A stretch of 64,000 nt of DNA. Origin: the human T2T-CHM13v2.0 reference genome, Homo sapiens. Below are positions 57,391-64,000 of the stretch, one piece after another; position 1 is the first letter of the stretch, and the number at the start of each line of letters is the position of its first letter. Both the position numbers and the translations under genes were made by a program. Below the pieces are notes generated by a model. That model was not told where the DNA came from. It did no database searches and was given only the letters and a program-made list of their open reading frames with translations. The stretch lies in assembly GCF_009914755.1 (NCBI RefSeq), contig NC_060927.1. One strand, 5' to 3'.

Positions 57391-58884
57391 TTGTAAAGCT
57401 CATTTTGTAAAAATACAGCCAACAGTGAACAAACTCACTCCTGGTTCATTTCACTAAAAATAATGTCACCAATGATAACGTCTGGATCAGCAAACATCCA
57501 TCAAGCCAAACTCAAAAAATCGCACTATGTGAAATAATTTCATGATCTTTAAAAAAGGCTGTTCCCTGCCCAAGTCATATGACTTAGCCCTTAAAGTCTG
57601 GCTCTGCCAATATGGTTAAAAGCTTTCCCTAATATCATTGATGCCAGAATAGGTCTTAATGCTACACCAGTCCTTTTCTTGACATAAAAAACTAAGAGAT
57701 TATAAGAAAATTTCCAAAAGAAGTCTAGACACTATCTTGAAAGTAAAAGTTATAAAATGTCTTGACAGTTGCCACTGCCACCCCTTTCTTCCCCCTTTTT
57801 TCCTTTCAGACAAAAGTTGAGAACATTTCTGAAATCACTAAGCATTTCCAGAATGCCATACACTGAGAAAAGCGCTTAAAACATATAATCAATCAGTCAT
57901 CTCCCTTCCATGTTTATACACCACCATAGATATAGACAGCTTAAACTGCTGAGTAAAAGTAAAATTCATAAAATATACAACAGGGCAATCCACTGCAATA
58001 GTTTACTAGCTTTTGTGTGTTTAAAGGTTGCAGAATAAATTAAATAAGCAGTATTTATTCCTTGCTTATATAAATGTTTACTGGTCTTCAGGATGCTACA
58101 AGGAAAGAAGGAATAAATCTTGTATTTAAAAAGCTTAAAAGTTTAGACTGTCACCTCAGAACTTCATTAATTTTGTAAATTTTCTTTACCAAAATATGAA
58201 AATATGGTTGATTAAACATTAACCGTAATGCATATTACCTATTTGCCTAGTAATGACAATTCTGTGTTGTTGAAGCTAAATCTAATGCAGCATCAAGATC
58301 TGCCTTCAGAAGTCTGGTTACGTTACTATTATAGGAAAGCAAGATCAAAGAACCTAACTCTCTGGTGGCTGCTTCTTTAGAGGCTGCAGAACTGCACGCA
58401 GAGGATGACAAAACATAGTTCCGACTGGACTTTTCCAAGGGTGAACACATGTACACAGAGAAAATCAAACTGGGAAAATAAAAAGAGGGGAATCTAAATG
58501 CTCCAAAGTATAACGTCCTACCTTAAAACTAATGCAGGCTGTCACCACCTGTTTACCTAATAACATAATGTGTGTGTAGATGTTCTGTGAATATTAAAAT
58601 GTGACATGAGTTTAAGGTGTTGGTACTAATATTCCTACTATTCATTCTTAAGAGATTAAAAAAACACCAAGTGAAAACAACCTTCTTAGGAATTAAAAGT
58701 GAACTGCAGCAAAATGTGGGCGACAACATATACTTCAAGGAGACTAGTAGTATTCAAATTACATACTCATATTTATCATAATAGCACTTTTCCTAGTACA
58801 ACTTTAAATATTTCGCTGACAATGTCTCGTAGAAATAACTATATCATCACTGAAACATAAATGAAAAGTAGAAATAATACTTAC

Positions 58885-58974
58885 TTTTAATACCAAACTG
58901 TCCCCAGAACAGGAGTATAGCAAAAATTGGGAAAATAACAATAAGAATATTTTCATTTGGAGAAAACCATGAAA
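58885..58974 (-). CDS. CD47: CD47 exon 3 (90 nt), (V)SWFSPNENILIVIFPIFAILLFWGQFGIK(T), TM1
   Basis: Minus strand ccccag|TTTCATGG...ATTAAAA|gtaagt; phase 1-1. Confidence 0.98.
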
Positions 58975-59229
58975 CTGGGGAAGAAGAAAACAAAAGTCAC
59001 AATTAATATTTACTATAACACTTTAAATTCTGCTAATGGTCTATAATACATGCTTTATTATAGAGATGGAAAAAAATTAAAACTGTGGCCTTATTTTTAC
59101 ATGTATTTATTTATACATACACACATATACATAAAACAAATTACACATAATGTACTTATGTAAATTTTATTTATGAATAAAAACTACACTTACTTAAGCA
59201 TTTCTCACATTTTTCTTATGTTTCACGGG

Positions 59230-59485
59230 AGGAGGTAGTGCAGTGCAGTGGCTGAGAACAAGGCTCTGTGGCCACACTGCCAGGGTTTGAACCCAACTCT
59301 AACTTAACACTCTATGGAACCGTGACCACGTGTCAACACCTCTTTGTTCTTTGGTGTCCTCAACTGTTACACTAGTATAACACAGTACATGTATCTTGAA
59401 GGACTGTTGTAACTATTAACAAAGTTAATAAACTACATGCAAAGGGCTTAAAACAAAGCTTAGCACTCACTAAGTACTCAGTTAA
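59230..59485 (+). mobile_element. MIR
   Basis: tagtgcagtggctgagaacaaggctctg...gggtttgaaccc...taagtactca. Confidence 0.65.
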
Positions 59486-60759
59486 CTAAAATAAGTATGT
59501 ATTCATGTGTTGAGTGGCTGGGTGTGTAAAGTTCCAAGAATGTACCTTCAAGTAACAATGAAGTCTTCCTGTAAAGACAGACTCAGGGAACCTAAGCGAG
59601 GAAGATGCACCACTAGGTACTCTCTTCTCATTGTGGTTAAAATGGAGAGAGATGTGCCCGGTTGGTCTTTTCCCAAACTCACTCTGCAATTATCCATGCA
59701 TAATTAGGCTTCAGAAGGACTGTTTATATGTAAAGTAAGATGAGTGGCTTTAGGATATTAACGAAGCTGTTATTAAGTTGGTCACATGTTACTTTTATCA
59801 TAAAAATATATCCACATATCCTATATAAAGGAAATTAAGATATTAAGACTTCAAATAAGATTTGTGAGAACTTTTAAAAATTAAGTTTAATTGCATCTTA
59901 TAAACCCCTAAGACCATAATTTTAGCTGTGAAGTTTCTGCTCTAACAATAAAGCCAAGTAAATGTACTGAAAGTATTCCGGAGTTTGCCTGTACAAGGGG
60001 CTGTGTGATTGGAAGAGTTCTTCTGAATACTGCCCTAAGCAAGCACTAGCATTCCTCTGAAATCAACACTTCTTTCAAATTCTACCACGCACTATCTCTC
60101 AGGTCACAGGTGAGGAATTTTCCAGCCTTTCACTCCATAATGATAGCCACATATTTCTTGTGTTAAGCTTATAATGCTATAATAAGTCCTGGTAAAATGC
60201 TTACATCAATCCCCAGAATATAACAACATCATAAACTCTGTTTTATAGATATTAGCTTTTCAGAATCTAGCATTTTCCTCTATATGTAGTAGAGACTCCA
60301 TATGTTTGCTGTTGAGGGTTGCAATGGTCATAAGACAGTTTTGCGAGTGAATGGAAGACTTTTTTTTATGCTTCTTTGGTTGTGGATCTCTACTGAGAGA
60401 TGTTTTTGGATACTCCAAATCAATACCTTTATTTCCAACTGTATAACTGAATATCTTCTTATGCCAAAGAAAAGTCACTTCAGTATAGCCTAAAACCCTA
60501 CCAGGAAAAAATTTTGGAGATCATGCTTGGATTTTTGTATCTAATCCCCAATGGATTTGGTAAGGCTGTATGGTCTAATAGCCATGCTTAATTGATGTAT
60601 TTTTCCTTACTTCCCCTGTGCTTTTGTTTTTAATTGTGTACCTCAACTCCTCAAATCCTCACAATTATGATGTGAGAAATTATTAACCCCTCCTTATAGT
60701 TGTAGAAACTGAGGAACAGTGAATTCAGGCTCTTCAGTTAATCTTAACTGTTCATGTTC

Positions 60760-61625
60760 CACAATGAATCCTGATATTTTCATCACCCCATCCCCCACTA
60801 AACTCCCCCTCTCATTTTCCTCATTTCAGTCGTGGTGACCCCATTTCTTCAGTTGCTTGAGGCTGAAAACCTTGGAGTTATACCTGACTCCCTGATTTCT
60901 CCCACATCCCACTCTAGTTAAACAGCAAATCCTGCTGACTCTACCTTCAAAATATAGCCAATATCTGATCTCATAGTCAAGATGAGCTGACAATGAAATG
61001 TTCTTTCATTGGTCCCTGCCCCTATACACAACAAAATTTTAGGATATATTAATAGAATATTAATATATTAATATTAATTTGAATATATTAACAAAAGTAA
61101 GAGGTGCATTCGATCCTGGTGTGACCACTCATTTTTCACTTATTCCACAAACACTTATTGAAAGCCCACCATGGGGAGGAACTCCTCTAGGCTCTTGAAG
61201 GCCAGCAGTGAACAATGCAGAGGACCCTGAGTGTGCAGAGTGGGAGAAGCTGAGGCAGTAAGGAAAGGCCTCTAGGGAGAGGAACGAAACTAAGCCTAGG
61301 ATGGGAAGGAGCCTACATTGTGAAGACAGGGAGGAAGAGATGCCAAAGGAACGGCAACTTTGAGAAACCAAAGGATGGCCATTGTGACTGGAATTCAGTG
61401 ATGAGATCAAATGGGAAGAGTTTGCTGGGGCAAGACCATGTAGAGTCTTAAAAGCTTGTTGGGAGAGTTTGGATTTTATTCTAAGAGCAATGACAAGCGG
61501 CTGGAAGGCTTTAAATAGGGAAGAAAAATAACCTGACTTATTTCAAATCTTCTTTGGCAGCCACATGGAGAATGGATTACAGGGAAGCAGGACCTGTCAG
61601 AAAGTTACAGCAGCAGTCATTTGGA
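60760..61625. mobile_element. L2 fragments
   Basis: aaaaccttggagtta...aaatcctgctgactctaccttcaaaatatagcc; gagtttggattttattctaagagcaatg. Confidence 0.6.
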
Positions 61626-62063
61626 AGGGAGAAGGGTGTGACCAACAAACGCAGTCCTGAGCTCAGTTTTACTCATCACATTTGAAGATCTAACAGGGAA
61701 TTGCTCCAAAGGAAGATGACTAGAATGGGGATCCCGAAACCATGAGCAATGGCTAAAAGAACAGAGATTTTCATCACAGAGAGGTATAAACTTGAGAGAA
61801 ATACTACAGCCCTCCCAGTGAGTGAGAATAGTAGCAAGTTTTAGCTTGATTTAAGGAAGAACTGAAATTGCCTGATAACAGACCAAGATCCTCTGGGAAG
61901 TAATAATGTCTCATCATGTCAAGCTTTCAGTAAAAAATCTGAATCGCCAGCTACTTGGGGTGTGATAGAAATAATTCGTAAATTAGATGATGAGATAGAC
62001 TAGATGACTACTTGATGACTCCCAGATTCTATGTGAAACAAGAAATATGAGACATTTCAATGA

Positions 62064-62409
<346 letters not shown>

Positions 62410-63319
62410 TAAGTGATTCTTAACTGGAACTTATCAGTTTGTCACTCTCCCTTCTCATTATTGTGCCAGGATTTTAAATTGTTCCCTGATATGTGGGGCG
62501 GGTGGGGGGGGGGGCACACAATGGAGAAGGGCATCCAGGATTCTCTCAGTTTGAAATCACTGCTGCACATTTCTGCTGTATTTGAACTACAGTCACTGAT
62601 GAACATGTTCCTCCTCTCTCTAATTTGTTACAGTGGGAAAAGTTTGAGGATCGTGGAATTAGATATTTAAGAACCAATTGAGATGCTGGGGGAAAAAAAC
62701 CAACATTTTATATAAAGCCACTTATATGCCTATTAAGCTATTGATTTGTTATGGTAGTACTGTCAGATGACGTTAACTCTTGTTCCTCAAGGGGAGAGTG
62801 AGACATGATACTTCTTTCAGCTCTGAATTTCTATGCCACTAAGAACATAAATTAAGCTTAAAATGGACTAAGAACAATGTCAGATATTTTTCCATCACAA
62901 GATTAATAAAGATAAGCCAAGGACATTCACATCCTTATTCTACCCAAGCTATGGCTGACAACTGTGTCTATCACTCTCCTCCAATTCCTGGACAGGCAGA
63001 ATGGCTTCCACGAAAATGAACTTCTTGCTAGTGGAAAGGCAAAGAAGTGATATTACAAGGGTGTAGTCAATGAATAAGTGTTTCATTTTTGCTTTCAAGC
63101 TGAAGTGTTATTAAAACCCAGGACCTCATTTGTCTTATCACTGTACAAAAATGAGACAACCTAAAAAAGTGAAGACACCATTCCTATCAACAAAGTGTCT
63201 CCTTCAAACTCCCACAAACATAGGGAACACCAGGTTACACACACACACACACGCATACACCACAGTAACATTTACAATCCTAAAATGCAAACCAAATTTT
63301 TACTTGATGTTTCAGGATT

Positions 63320-64000
63320 GTGATGGCTTTTCTGATGTGTCGACTTGCTAGGCTACAGTCCCATTATTTATTTAATCAAACCCAGAATTCTAAGGCGGTC
63401 CCAAAACCCCTGCCCTAGCCATGCATCTTTTATAATTCCCTCCCCTTGTGTGTGGGAGACTAGGACTGTGAATGTATTGGATTTCATTTTCATGATTATA
63501 TCACCCAGCAAAAGGGAGTTTGCTGATGTAATTAAGATCCCAAATCAGCTGACTTTAAGAAAGAGAGATTATTTTTGAGGGAGAGAGAGCTGACCTAACC
63601 AAGTGGTCTCTTAAAAGGGTCTGGGTTCTTCCTGGCAAAATAAACTCAATATGTGAGAGGGATTCAACAAGAGGAAGATTCTCCTTTGCTGGCTTTAAAT
63701 ATGCAAGGGGCCATGGGGCAAGAAATGAGGGCAATCTCTAGGAGCTGCTACAATTCCTTGGCAGATACTTAGCAAAGAAACAGGGACCCCAGTCTTACAA
63801 TCACAAGGAATTGAATTCTGTCACAATTATGTGAGCCTAGAACAAGACCCCAAACTCCAAATAAAGTATGCCCTGGGCAACACCTTGATTTTAGTCTTTT
63901 AAGACTTTGATCAGAGAACCCAGTCATGCCATGACCAGGCTTGCCACCTACAAAACTTTGAGCTAAAAAATGGGTAGTGTTTTAAGCTGCTATATTTGTA
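63320..64000 (+). mobile_element. ERVL/MaLR LTRs (MLT2-like start, then MLT1E-like), running off the window
   Basis: tgtgatggc...tgtcgacttgctaggctacagt; gcaaaagggagtttgctgatgtaattaag; cacaaggaattgaattctg. Confidence 0.7.

Noticed and set aside
61045-61092. AT-rich palindromic tract
   Set aside because: Low-complexity (AATATT)-type sequence; self-complementarity is expected.

Overview
Hominid genomic DNA, most likely human: Alu-rich, with an SVA, and the protein matches human CD47 as I recall it. The right half (about 30.9-64 kb, minus strand) is the 3' part of CD47. It holds coding exons 3-11, all with canonical AG/GT boundaries read directly from the sequence, which encode the five transmembrane helices and the alternatively spliced cytoplasmic tail. 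The last exon is about 4.2 kb and has proximal and distal poly(A) signals. Exons 1-2 (signal peptide, IgV) lie beyond the right edge. The left 30 kb is downstream intergenic DNA with Alus, a full-length SVA, nested solo LTRs, and MaLR, L1, L2, MIR and DNA-transposon remnants. Almost all ORFs in the supplied track are repeat-derived or chance. I see no new multi-gene system. The best leads are regulatory or RNA-level hypotheses: QKI and RBFOX motifs and inverted Alus around the tail micro-exons, a possible stop-free exon 4-7 circRNA, an intronic IRF motif cluster, a perfect 21-bp hairpin, a templated-insertion scar, a CpG-retaining downstream element, and a 242-codon ORF downstream of CD47. Repeat subfamily names were assigned by eye and need RepeatMasker/Dfam confirmation.
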